Assembly (NCBI GenBank): GCA_028282585.1
Contig: JANQHR010000049.1
Location: forward strand, 20,626 to 84,625
Source: Bacteroidales bacterium
GTDB lineage: Bacteria > Bacteroidota > Bacteroidia > Bacteroidales > UBA12077
Direction: 5' to 3'
Length of the DNA stretch: 64,000 nucleotides
Part shown: one piece after another, positions 29,835-39,205 of the stretch
How positions within the stretch are numbered: the stretch's first letter is position 1
How the letters are laid out: every line of letters begins with the position of its first letter
Translations under genes and position numbers: made by a program
Notes under the pieces: generated by a model
Seen by the model: only the letters and a program-made list of their open reading frames with translations
Databases searched by the model: none
Told to the model about the DNA's origin: nothing

Positions 29835-31034
29835 TTAATTACAGTTTTCAACTAAAACCTTTGGCACCTTCATAATTATGGCAATATGATTTTCTCCTGC
29901 ACCAGAAGAGGTAATTAGAATATTATCTCCTGCTTTAATTTTATTTTTTTCAATTGCATCCAGCAAATTTACCCCTGCGCTACAATTAGCTACATTACCA
30001 TACGTTTGGAATGTTTCATGAAATTTTTCACTTGGAATTCCTATTGCTTCTCGCCAAGCATTGGCTGCCCATGATACAGGTTGATGCGTTACTAAAAAGT
30101 CTATATCTTCAACCGATTTAGACGCTTTTTCTAAAGCCTGATCCACCACATATTTCAAATCTTTTTGGGCATTCATTGCTATAGTTTTTAAAGAATCGTA
30201 ATTTAAAAAAGTCGTAAACTGCTGGCTATAAGATGGGCCTAATTCTAACTTCTTGAATAACAAAGGAGAACGATCTGTATAAACAACTCCATCATGCCTA
30301 TCACCATGGCTATTAGAAAAAGAACTTATATAACCTTCTCCACTTTCAACGGAGCTTACTATTCCTGCCATAGCAGCATCACCTGTATCAACACTCCAAT
30401 AGGTCGATTTATCGTTTACAATACTATCAATAAAGCTACTCACAATTAAAACATTTTTTTTAATTCCTGTTTTGATCAAAGCTACTGCAAGCTCACACAT
30501 GGTAACGAAGGTAGAACAACAAGTATCTATAGCGTAGGCTCCTGCATTTTTTAAGCCAAGCTTATGCTGAATAAGTGAAGCATTTGCCGGAAGAGGCCTA
30601 TCAGGAACTTGTGCGTGAGATAAAACAAGGTCAACATCATCTGGGTTAAGCCCCGCATTTGTTATAGCTAAAGCACCTGCAATAGTCTCTGCATCAGATG
30701 GTAACATTGGGTGAGGAATTATTGAATTTTTTAACGAAACAGGATCCGTTGGCACCCTTCTTCTTTCCTTTGTTCCCTGAAAAGGATTTGCTTGTTTTTT
30801 TTCTGGCATACTCTTGACCCACGCTTCGAACCATGGCTGGCTTTCCCATCCTTCATAATTAGTTTCAATGCTTCCAGGTAGTTTTCCCGTAGATTCAATG
30901 TCATCTATATATTCTCTGTTTAATTCCGTGTAATTTCGAAGATAATCTACTAATTTGTTTTTTTGTTTTTCAGAAAGTTTTTTAGCTGGTAAATATCCTC
31001 CCAAGCTAATTAATCCTACAGATGAATTTGTCAT
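29835..31034 (-). CDS. FabH/KS III-like condensing enzyme with intact catalytic triad
   Basis: DTCCSTF (Cys), THQP (His), YGNVA (Asn), SGAG. Likely ATG at 31034 (MTNSSVG). Confidence 0.85.
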   Translation of the reverse strand: MTNSSVGLISLGGYLPAKKLSEKQKNKLVDYLRNYTELNREYIDDIESTGKLPGSIETNYEGWESQPWFEAWVKSMPEKKQANPFQGTKERRRVPTDPVSLKNSIIPHPMLPSDAETIAGALAITNAGLNPDDVDLVLSHAQVPDRPLPANASLIQHKLGLKNAGAYAIDTCCSTFVTMCELAVALIKTGIKKNVLIVSSFIDSIVNDKSTYWSVDTGDAAMAGIVSSVESGEGYISSFSNSHGDRHDGVVYTDRSPLLFKKLELGPSYSQQFTTFLNYDSLKTIAMNAQKDLKYVVDQALEKASKSVEDIDFLVTHQPVSWAANAWREAIGIPSEKFHETFQTYGNVANCSAGVNLLDAIEKNKIKAGDNILITSSGAGENHIAIIMKVPKVLVENCN

Positions 31035-31512
31035 TGTAATTGGTTTTAAGTTTGTGATTGAAATGTAAGTAATAGTTAAAATTTCGCTAATGTAAATTTG
31101 ATTATACAAGAGATTTTAGATAAATTATTTAATCTATATTTTTGATTATTGAAAAAGTATTATTAGGCCTATAAAACTTTTATTCTCTTGCGATTTTAAA
31201 GGTAAAATAATTTTCAAAATCAAACTATGTTGTAAAACTCATTAAGCTTACCTCTCGCCTTTTTTTTCTAACTTAATTGATTTACAAGGGAAAAAAAATC
31301 AGTAACAAAACAATATACTTTTTATCGTAAACCTAAAAAAATACTGGTAAAATAAATTTTCAAAACATGACATTTAGCATTAAATAAAATAATATTTTTA
31401 CTAAGGTCGTTTTTAGGGCTATTTAAAATCCTAAAAATACTTCAAATTATCTTTCCAATTTACCTGAGTAAATTTACTCTGGGTATCAATTCTTGGCTAG
31501 TTGAAGAAATAT

Positions 31513-32562
31513 TTAATAGCACCATTTGAATAAAGCTGCTCCAGCATTCCATCTCGAACCTAAATCTGAAAACATTACCAAGTCACCATAATTTATTTTA
31601 CCTTTTTTAAGTGCATCATTAGTTATAATAGGAATACTGGAAGTTTCTATACATGCAGTATCTTCTAGCGTATCATGAACAAGGTCGTAATTAATACCTA
31701 CATTCTGAGCCCATTTTTCATTTAATCCTAAAAACTTCTGAGCAAAAATATACCTGTTAATTTCATCCGGTTTTATTTTTAAATCTTGTAAGATTTTATG
31801 TATCGAAAAAGGAATTAGATTCTCTACATACGGTAAATCATTTTTAAAGCTATCAGGATGAATAGTAAAGTATGGCCTTATTGAATATAATTCCTCAGCC
31901 GGACTAGGAAATCCACCGGTGATTCTAACTTCCGCTGCCACTCCTTCTTTATTGTCAGACATCAGATGAAAACCCAAAAGCCCATATCCTGGTTCTGTTT
32001 CACTTAATATAAAAGCACCTGCTCCATCTCCAACTAACAAAGCTTTGCCTATTTCATTATGGGTACTTTCTAATAAAGTTTCGCCCGATACTACTAATAC
32101 ATTTTTATAAAACCCTGAACTAACAAACGAGGCTCCAGTCAATAAAGAATAAATCCATCCCGAAAAACCCGCATCAATATTTATTGATGTCGCATTTACT
32201 GCACCAATTTCTGTTTGGATTTCAATACAATTAGGAGGTGTAAATTTATTCATATCACGACTAACATGCGTAACAACAACCATGTCGATATCAGTCGGTA
32301 AAAGATCTGAATTTTCAATTGCATTTAATGCAGCCTTTATTGCCATTTGTGTATAGGTTTGTCCATTCGCATAATGCCTTTTTTTTATTCCCGTCACTTC
32401 ATCAATAAATTTTTTCTCGGCATTTGTAAGATTTACTTTTTTAAATTCACTATTTTCCACAATCTTACCGGGCAAATAACTTCCAACAGACTTTATACCA
32501 ACGGGTTTTAAAGGCTTTACAACTTTTGTATTTGATAACTGATATTTTTTTTTGTTTATCAT
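31513..32562 (-). CDS. FabH-like protein lacking the catalytic triad
   Basis: FabH fold motifs (GSYLP, TGIKKR, GDGAGA) but AGFSG, FAQKF and TACI at the Cys, His and Asn positions. Confidence 0.8.
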   Translation of the reverse strand: MINKKKYQLSNTKVVKPLKPVGIKSVGSYLPGKIVENSEFKKVNLTNAEKKFIDEVTGIKKRHYANGQTYTQMAIKAALNAIENSDLLPTDIDMVVVTHVSRDMNKFTPPNCIEIQTEIGAVNATSINIDAGFSGWIYSLLTGASFVSSGFYKNVLVVSGETLLESTHNEIGKALLVGDGAGAFILSETEPGYGLLGFHLMSDNKEGVAAEVRITGGFPSPAEELYSIRPYFTIHPDSFKNDLPYVENLIPFSIHKILQDLKIKPDEINRYIFAQKFLGLNEKWAQNVGINYDLVHDTLEDTACIETSSIPIITNDALKKGKINYGDLVMFSDLGSRWNAGAALFKWCY

Positions 32563-32682
32563 CTTGTAAATTATTATAAACGATTAGTATTTTTTATTAC
32601 ATTAGCGATTCATTTTAGTATAATTTCTTACTAAAACTTAACCATACAATTTTAACCATTTTAATTAAATTTTTAAAGAACT

Positions 32683-33084
32683 ATGAAAAATCAAATTGTA
32701 TCAAATGAGTATTTTACTATTAATTATGACAGCGCTAAAAACCGTGTTTATGCAAGCTTTAATGGATTCTGGGGCACAATGCAAATCATGGATGAGTATC
32801 GCTCTTATTTAACAAAAGTATGTAATATGGTAAAAAGCAATTTTACCATGGTAGCTGACCTTAGATCTTTTAAAACGCTCCCTAATGATTTAGTTCCTAA
32901 ACAGAAACAATCAATGGACGACCTCGCTAAGGCAGGAATGTCCAAAGTTGCTGTTATAGTTCCGGAAAGTGTAATTTCCGAAGTGCAGTTAAAGTCCTCA
33001 ATGAATGAAACTGCTATGCCTGAAAAACAATTCTCTACAGTGGAGGGTGGAGAAGAATGGCTTGATAGTGTAAGCGCTAATTAA
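32683..33084 (+). CDS. Small STAS/SEC14 (SpoIIAA-like) domain protein
   Basis: GFW...VADLR.F...AGM.KVAVIV...F...EEWL pattern of stand-alone SpoIIAA-like proteins. Confidence 0.6.
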   Translation: MKNQIVSNEYFTINYDSAKNRVYASFNGFWGTMQIMDEYRSYLTKVCNMVKSNFTMVADLRSFKTLPNDLVPKQKQSMDDLAKAGMSKVAVIVPESVISEVQLKSSMNETAMPEKQFSTVEGGEEWLDSVSAN

Positions 33085-33096
33085 TAAATGCAATTT

Positions 33097-33128
33097 AGGC
33101 TGTCTAAAGGTTAAGGGACAGCCTTTTT
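33097..33128 (+). terminator. Intrinsic terminator
   Basis: AGGCTGTC...GACAGCCT followed by a T run, just after the stop at 33084. Confidence 0.75.
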
Positions 33129-33391
33129 CTTTTTGTAGCTAACCAAAAGGCTATTAAATTGCAGTTTACACAAAATTTGATAGCCTTGGGAAATAAAATC
33201 AGGACAGCCATAGCAAACATTAGTTATCCCCAAAAAAGGTTTAGCACATTTCTCTTTAATACCTTCGGAATCTGGTAATAACCTAATACTACCAACAAAT
33301 ATAAACCGATTTAACATAGAGGAATAACAAAGGAAGTTTAAGTTCAAAAACTTAAGCTTTTTTGTTAACGATCAAGATTTAAAATATTTTT

Positions 33392-33406
33392 TGGTATAGA
33401 CATTGC
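33392..33406 (+). promoter_or_regulatory. Putative sigma54 -24/-12 promoter
   Basis: TGGTATAGACATTGC has canonical GG-N10-GC spacing. Confidence 0.5.
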
Positions 33407-33430
33407 CAAACAAGATTTTATGTTTTATAA

Positions 33431-33491
33431 AATAAAAGACAAAAAAGTCTTTTATTAAACATTTATTATTCATTCTATGTTATTACATTTG
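33431..33491 (+). promoter_or_regulatory. Palindromic operator (copy 2) and -7 element upstream of the hydE-like gene
   Basis: AATAAAAGAC-AAAAAA-GTCTTTTATT (10-bp perfect arms) and TACATTTG at 33484-33491. Confidence 0.7.
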
Positions 33492-33513
33492 TGAACCAAT
33501 TAACAATACTTTT

Positions 33514-34608
33514 ATGAGCAAAACCGTAGATGAAATCTTAAAACAACATGTGCTTTCAAAAGAGGATATAGTTAAGTTACTCCAAACTAACAAAGAAGAG
33601 CGCAATAAAATATTTACCCATGCTGCAAAAGTTAAAGCTGATTACGTTGGTAAAAAAGTATATTACCGTGGTTTGATTGAAATGTCGAATATTTGTAGTA
33701 AAAATTGCTACTATTGTGGAATTCGGTTAGATAATAAAAGTGCTGGCAGGTATGATATTTCAGATGAAGAGATTCTAAATGCTGTAAAATTTGCTTATGA
33801 AAGTAACTATGGTTCAGTTGTACTGCAAGCAGGAGAAATCTCATCACCGAAATTCACAAAACGAATTTCGAACCTTTTAAAACAAATCAAAGAATTATCG
33901 AATAATGAGCTAGGCATTACTATTTCTCTGGGTGAACAGCCAGAAGAAGTGTATCAGGAATGGTTCGAAAGTGGTGCTCACAGGTATTTACTGCGCATCG
34001 AATCTTCAAATCCCGAACTGTATTATAAATTACACCCAAAAGATAAAAAACACGATTATGAAACCAGGTTAGATTGCCTTAGGTCGTTGCAAAAAGTTGG
34101 ATACCAAACAGGAACAGGCGTGATGGTTGGTTTGCCTTTTCAAACTTATGAAGACTTAGCAAATGACCTATTTTTTATGCGTGATTTTGATATCGACATG
34201 TGCGGTATGGGGCCATACTTAGAACATAAGGATACTCCGCTTTATGAATATAAAGATTTATTAATGCCAATTGAAAGCCGTTTCACACTTACACTCAAAA
34301 TGATTTCTCTTTTAAGAATTATCATGAAAGATATTAATATTGCAGCAGCTACTGCTTTGCAGGCAATAGACCCTATCGGCCGGGAGAAAGCAATAAAAGT
34401 TGGTGCAAATATTATTATGCCCAACGTTACGCCTGGAATGTACCGCGACAACTACAAATTGTACGAAAATAAACCTTGTACAGATGAAGAAGCTGCAGAT
34501 TGTACTAATTGTATGGAAATGAGGATTGGAATTACCGGAGATGATATAGGGTACGGAGAATGGGGCGATTCCAAACATTATGCTAAACGAATACAGCAAC
34601 AACCTTAA
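33514..34608 (+). CDS. hydE: Radical SAM protein, [FeFe]-hydrogenase maturase HydE family
   Basis: RGLIE.SN.CSKNCYYCG, RYLLRIE, G.MVGLPFQT, DM.GMGP, AATAL, GANIIMPNVTP, Y.LY.NKPC. Confidence 0.8.
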   Translation: MSKTVDEILKQHVLSKEDIVKLLQTNKEERNKIFTHAAKVKADYVGKKVYYRGLIEMSNICSKNCYYCGIRLDNKSAGRYDISDEEILNAVKFAYESNYGSVVLQAGEISSPKFTKRISNLLKQIKELSNNELGITISLGEQPEEVYQEWFESGAHRYLLRIESSNPELYYKLHPKDKKHDYETRLDCLRSLQKVGYQTGTGVMVGLPFQTYEDLANDLFFMRDFDIDMCGMGPYLEHKDTPLYEYKDLLMPIESRFTLTLKMISLLRIIMKDINIAAATALQAIDPIGREKAIKVGANIIMPNVTPGMYRDNYKLYENKPCTDEEAADCTNCMEMRIGITGDDIGYGEWGDSKHYAKRIQQQP

Positions 34609-34758
34609 CCATTAAATAGGCCATAAATACATTTTACAAAGTTATTCTTTAGCTTTTAAAGGCTTCATAAATAGTTGCCTGTTAAAAGTTAACAGTTGAT
34701 TTTATGCAATTGAACTATATTACTTATTTAATTGTTAATTGCATAAACTACAATAATT

Positions 34759-36366
34759 TTGAAAAGAATAATATCTCAGGTAAAAGCTTCATCAACGGAA
34801 TTCACTAAAAATAGAACAGCCTTTTACGAAGTGCTTTCCAACTACAGAGAGAACTTGCAAGGCGTGATTGATAAAAGGCCAGGGCCGTCTTTAAAAAAAT
34901 ACCTATCCAGAGGAAAACTTCTGGCACGGGAAAGAATTAACCTTCTTGTAGACCCTAATACTCCATTTTTAGAATTATCTCCACTGGCTGCTTTTGATAT
35001 GTATGGCGGCCAATTCCCTTCGGCAGGTATCATAACGGGGATAGGCGTAATTCATGGGAATGAAGTAGTAATTATTGCTAATGATGCTACCGTAAAAGGT
35101 GGTACATACATTAAAGAATCGATAAAGAAACATATTAGGGCACAAGAGATTGCTTTGGAAAACCGGCTACCCTGTATCTATTTGGTTGATTCGGGAGGAG
35201 TATTTTTACCGGAGCAAGCAAACGTTTTTCCGGATAAGCTCGGCTATGGGCGTTTTTTTTATAATCAGGCCAGGCTGTCAGCTTTAAAAATACCACAAAT
35301 TGCTATGGTAATGGGTTCATGCACAGCGGGTGGCGCATATGTCCCGGCTATGTGCGACGAAACCATTATTGTCCGGGGACAAGGAACAATCTTTATCGGA
35401 GGCCCACCTTTGGTAAAAGCAGCCACAGGAGAAGAAGTAACATCGGAAGAGTTAGGCGGGGCATATGTACATACACATAAATCAGGGGTAGCAGACCATC
35501 TGGCTGAAAATGGGCAACATGCTATTCAAATATGCCGAAGTATTTTCGAAAGCTATAACCCGGAGGAAAAGCAAAAATTAAAAATACACCCGATAGAAGA
35601 GCCATATTACAGCCCTGAAGAATTGTATGGCCTTGCCCCTGTTGATTTCAGAAAAGCGGTTGACTCTAAAGAAATTATTGCCCGCATTGTTGACGGAAGC
35701 TTATTTCACGAGTTTAAAGAAAACTATGCTCCAACCCTTGTGACAGGTTTCGCCAGAATCATGGGATACCCGGTAGGAATCATAGCAAACAACGGAGTTA
35801 TTTACTCCGAAACTTCGCTTAAAGGAGCTCATTTTATCGAACTCTGCGGGCAACGTAAAATACCAATTCTATTTCTTCAAAATATTACAGGCTTTATTGT
35901 GGGCAAGCAATACGAGCATAATGGAATTGCCAGGGATGGTGCTAAATTCGTTCATGCCGTAGCAAATACAAGGGTACCTAAATTCACTGTAATTTTTGGA
36001 GGCTCTTTCGGAGCGGGAAACTATGCAATGGCGGGCAGGGCTTACGACCCAAGGTTACTATTTATGTGGCCTAATGCCAAAATTTCTGTTATGGGCGGAG
36101 AACAGGCTGCAAATGTCCTGATTACTGTTAAAAAGTCGCAATACAAAGTAAAAGGTAAAGAATTATCAGAAAAGGAAGAAGAAAAAATAAAGGCAGAAAT
36201 TTTAGAAAAATACAACAAAGAAGGTTCTGCATATTACAGTACTGCCCGGTTATGGGATGATGGAATTATTGATCCGGTGGATACAAGGAAAATAATCGGA
36301 TTGGGGATTTCAGCTTCCCTTAATTCTCATTATAAAGATACAAACTATGGAGTTTTCAGGATGTAA
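34759..36366 (+). CDS. liuB: Methylcrotonyl-CoA carboxylase-type carboxyltransferase (beta) subunit
   Basis: [41 protein letters not shown] end. TTG start. Confidence 0.88.
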   Translation: MKRIISQVKASSTEFTKNRTAFYEVLSNYRENLQGVIDKRPGPSLKKYLSRGKLLARERINLLVDPNTPFLELSPLAAFDMYGGQFPSAGIITGIGVIHGNEVVIIANDATVKGGTYIKESIKKHIRAQEIALENRLPCIYLVDSGGVFLPEQANVFPDKLGYGRFFYNQARLSALKIPQIAMVMGSCTAGGAYVPAMCDETIIVRGQGTIFIGGPPLVKAATGEEVTSEELGGAYVHTHKSGVADHLAENGQHAIQICRSIFESYNPEEKQKLKIHPIEEPYYSPEELYGLAPVDFRKAVDSKEIIARIVDGSLFHEFKENYAPTLVTGFARIMGYPVGIIANNGVIYSETSLKGAHFIELCGQRKIPILFLQNITGFIVGKQYEHNGIARDGAKFVHAVANTRVPKFTVIFGGSFGAGNYAMAGRAYDPRLLFMWPNAKISVMGGEQAANVLITVKKSQYKVKGKELSEKEEEKIKAEILEKYNKEGSAYYSTARLWDDGIIDPVDTRKIIGLGISASLNSHYKDTNYGVFRM

Positions 36367-36392
36367 TCCTGAATGGCATTAATTTTTACAAT

Positions 36393-37190
36393 ATGAATAA
36401 ATTTTCAACAATTGAAATTGAACAAGAAGGCCAGGTAGCAACAATCTGGTTAAACCGCCCTGAAATTCACAATGCTTTCAATGAAGTTATGATTTCGGAA
36501 ATAATTGAAGCATTTGAATTGCTGGAAACAAAAAAACTAATTAGAATCATTGTTTTAAGGGGGCGTGGAAAATCGTTTTGTGCAGGAGCCGATTTAAACT
36601 GGATGAAAGGAGTTGTTAATTATAGTTTTGATCAAAATTATAACGAGAGTTACAACCTATCCGTTTGTTTCAATAAGATTTACACCTGTAAAAAAATAAC
36701 GATTGCTTTAGTTCATGGTGCTGCTATTGGTGGTGCAAATGGGCTTATGGCAGCCTGCGATTTTGCCTATGCAGAAACGGATACTGTATTTTCATTAAGC
36801 GAAACCAAAATTGGTTTAATACCTGCATGTATTGCCCCTTATATTATAAAACGGGTTGGCGAATTTGCTGCAAAAGAATTTATGTTGTCTGGCTTAAGGT
36901 TTAATGGAGAAGTTGCGGAGAGAAAGGGTTTAATTAACAAATCTGTACCTAAAGAAGAATTTGCAGGTTATTTTCAAAAAATGGTTAGCCTTCTTTTAAC
37001 CAGCGGCCCGGAAGCTACAATTCAATGTAAAGAATTGATAAACAGCCTGTGCAATAGCATTAGTTATTCTGAAGCACTAGAATATACAGCCAAAATGATT
37101 GCAGAAATAAGGCAATCAGAAGAAGGCCAGGAAGGCATGAATGCATTCCTCGAAAAAAGGAAGCCAAATTGGGTCGCAAAGTTAGATTAA
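36393..37190 (+). CDS. liuC: Enoyl-CoA hydratase family, methylglutaconyl-CoA hydratase-like
   Basis: LNRPEIHNAF, FCAGADLNWM, SETKIGLIPA, EGQEGM.AFLEKRKP.W; position between carboxylase subunits. Confidence 0.8.
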   Translation: MNKFSTIEIEQEGQVATIWLNRPEIHNAFNEVMISEIIEAFELLETKKLIRIIVLRGRGKSFCAGADLNWMKGVVNYSFDQNYNESYNLSVCFNKIYTCKKITIALVHGAAIGGANGLMAACDFAYAETDTVFSLSETKIGLIPACIAPYIIKRVGEFAAKEFMLSGLRFNGEVAERKGLINKSVPKEEFAGYFQKMVSLLLTSGPEATIQCKELINSLCNSISYSEALEYTAKMIAEIRQSEEGQEGMNAFLEKRKPNWVAKLD

Positions 37191-37197
37191 ATGCAAA

Positions 37198-39180
37198 ATG
37201 GATATTAAAAAGGTATTAATAGCAAACCGTGGAGAAATTGCCGTTCGCGTTGCGAAAACAGCGCGAAAAATGGGAATTAATACGGTGGCGGTTTATTCAA
37301 AAAATGATGCCGGCGCACTGCATGTTTTAAATTGCGATGAAGCCTATAAATTGGATGGAGAGAGTTTATCTGAGACTTATTTAAATATCGATAAAATTAT
37401 AGGTATTGCCTTAAAATCTAATTGTGATGCGATTCATCCTGGCTATGGGTTCCTTTCTGAGAATCCAGCTTTCGCCAAAGCTTGTACGCATAATAATATC
37501 CGTTTTGTTGGCCCAAGAGCAGAATCAATATCTGTTATGGGCAATAAATTGCGCGCACGCCAGCTAGTAGGTGAAATTGGTGTACCCATTACGTCTGGGC
37601 TTAGCGGAGAGTTAAACGAGGTATTGTCAGAAGCCAAAAAGCTAACATTCCCTATTTTAGTTAAAGCTGCTAGCGGCGGAGGGGGTAAAGGGATGCGAAT
37701 TGCCAATTCACGAGAAGAGCTCGAAGAATCATTGTTAGCAACTTCTCGTGAGGCAGAAACTTATTTTGGTGACGGAACTGTTTACGTTGAACAGTACCTG
37801 GAATCTCCAAGGCATATTGAGGTTCAGGTTTTAGCAGATAATTATGGAAATGTAATCCACCTGTTTGAAAGAGAATGCAGTTTACAAAGGCGGTATCAAA
37901 AAATTATAGAGGAGGCACCTTCAATAACTTTAGATGAAAACAAGCGAAACGAATTAACAAATGCTGCTGTAAAGATTGCGAAAGAAATAAAATATACAAA
38001 TGCCGGAACCATTGAATTTTTGGTAGATAAAAACCTGAATTTCTATTTTCTTGAAATGAATACCCGGATCCAGGTTGAACACCCGGTAACTGAAATGATT
38101 ACAGGAATCGACATTGTTGAAGAGCAATTTAAGGTATGTTCAGGCAAGAAGCTATCTTTTTCTCAAAAAGATATCAAAATAAATGGGCATGCTATTGAAG
38201 CAAGAATATATGCGGAAAACCCGGAAAATAACTTTATGCCATCATCTGGCAAGATGGCTTTATACTGCCCACCTAAATTGGATCTTATCCGAATAGACTC
38301 TGCTTATAATAACCCATCTGAAGTTTTTCCTGATTTTGACCCAATGATTTCGAAACTTATTGTCTGTGATAAAAACCGGGTAAGTGCTATATCCCAACTT
38401 GAAAATGCTTTAAACAATTATAATATACAAGGCATAAAAACAAATATTCAGTTCTTAAAATATTTAGTAACCAATAAGGATTATGTTAAAAATAATATTT
38501 CAACCTCATTTATTGAAAGCAATTTAACTAAACTCCTAAAATATACAGGGTTAAAAGCTAACCATCTAACTCATGCCCTTTGCTGTGCCGCGTTAATCTC
38601 AGTAAAGCCGAAAGATAGCCCTACTTCTATTTGGGAAAGTATTGGCTATTGGAGATTTAACCAAAAACTAAAATTTACGGTTGAAGAAAAGGAATACGAG
38701 GTTAAATTTCTGAAAGCCGTTAATGGGCTTAAAATTGTAATTGAAAATAAAGATTGGTTTATTAATGAAATAACTTACAAGATAAATCAACTTTCGTTCA
38801 GTGCGAATAATGAATATGTTAAATGCCATTTTTCCAGCCTAAACGAATCATCTTTTTTCATTACAATAAACGGGTTTCAATTTAAAATTATAAGAAATGA
38901 TATTTTGGACGAATCCATTAAATGGGAAAACAGAATAAGCAATTTAAACAACGAAAAAATATTGTATTCTCCTTTGCCGGGGAAAGTGGTAAAAATAAAT
39001 ATAAAAGAAGGCCAAAAAGTACAAAAAGGCCAGGATTTAATCATTATTGAGGCAATGAAGATGGAAAATAAACTGGCTTCAAAATATGAAACAGTTGTTA
39101 AGAGCGTAAATGTAACGATAGGGCAGCAGGTTGCTCCTGACTTGCCTTTGATCGAGTTTCAGAACAATTCCGCCGATTAA
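37198..39180 (+). CDS. liuD: Biotin carboxylase / biotin carrier alpha subunit
   Basis: ANRGEIA, HPGYGFLSEN, GGGGKGMR, EMNTRIQVEHPVTE, C-terminal EAMKM biotinylation motif. Confidence 0.88.
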   Translation: MDIKKVLIANRGEIAVRVAKTARKMGINTVAVYSKNDAGALHVLNCDEAYKLDGESLSETYLNIDKIIGIALKSNCDAIHPGYGFLSENPAFAKACTHNNIRFVGPRAESISVMGNKLRARQLVGEIGVPITSGLSGELNEVLSEAKKLTFPILVKAASGGGGKGMRIANSREELEESLLATSREAETYFGDGTVYVEQYLESPRHIEVQVLADNYGNVIHLFERECSLQRRYQKIIEEAPSITLDENKRNELTNAAVKIAKEIKYTNAGTIEFLVDKNLNFYFLEMNTRIQVEHPVTEMITGIDIVEEQFKVCSGKKLSFSQKDIKINGHAIEARIYAENPENNFMPSSGKMALYCPPKLDLIRIDSAYNNPSEVFPDFDPMISKLIVCDKNRVSAISQLENALNNYNIQGIKTNIQFLKYLVTNKDYVKNNISTSFIESNLTKLLKYTGLKANHLTHALCCAALISVKPKDSPTSIWESIGYWRFNQKLKFTVEEKEYEVKFLKAVNGLKIVIENKDWFINEITYKINQLSFSANNEYVKCHFSSLNESSFFITINGFQFKIIRNDILDESIKWENRISNLNNEKILYSPLPGKVVKINIKEGQKVQKGQDLIIIEAMKMENKLASKYETVVKSVNVTIGQQVAPDLPLIEFQNNSAD

Positions 39181-39205
39181 GTAAACCAAAAGCATATTAA
39201 AATTC

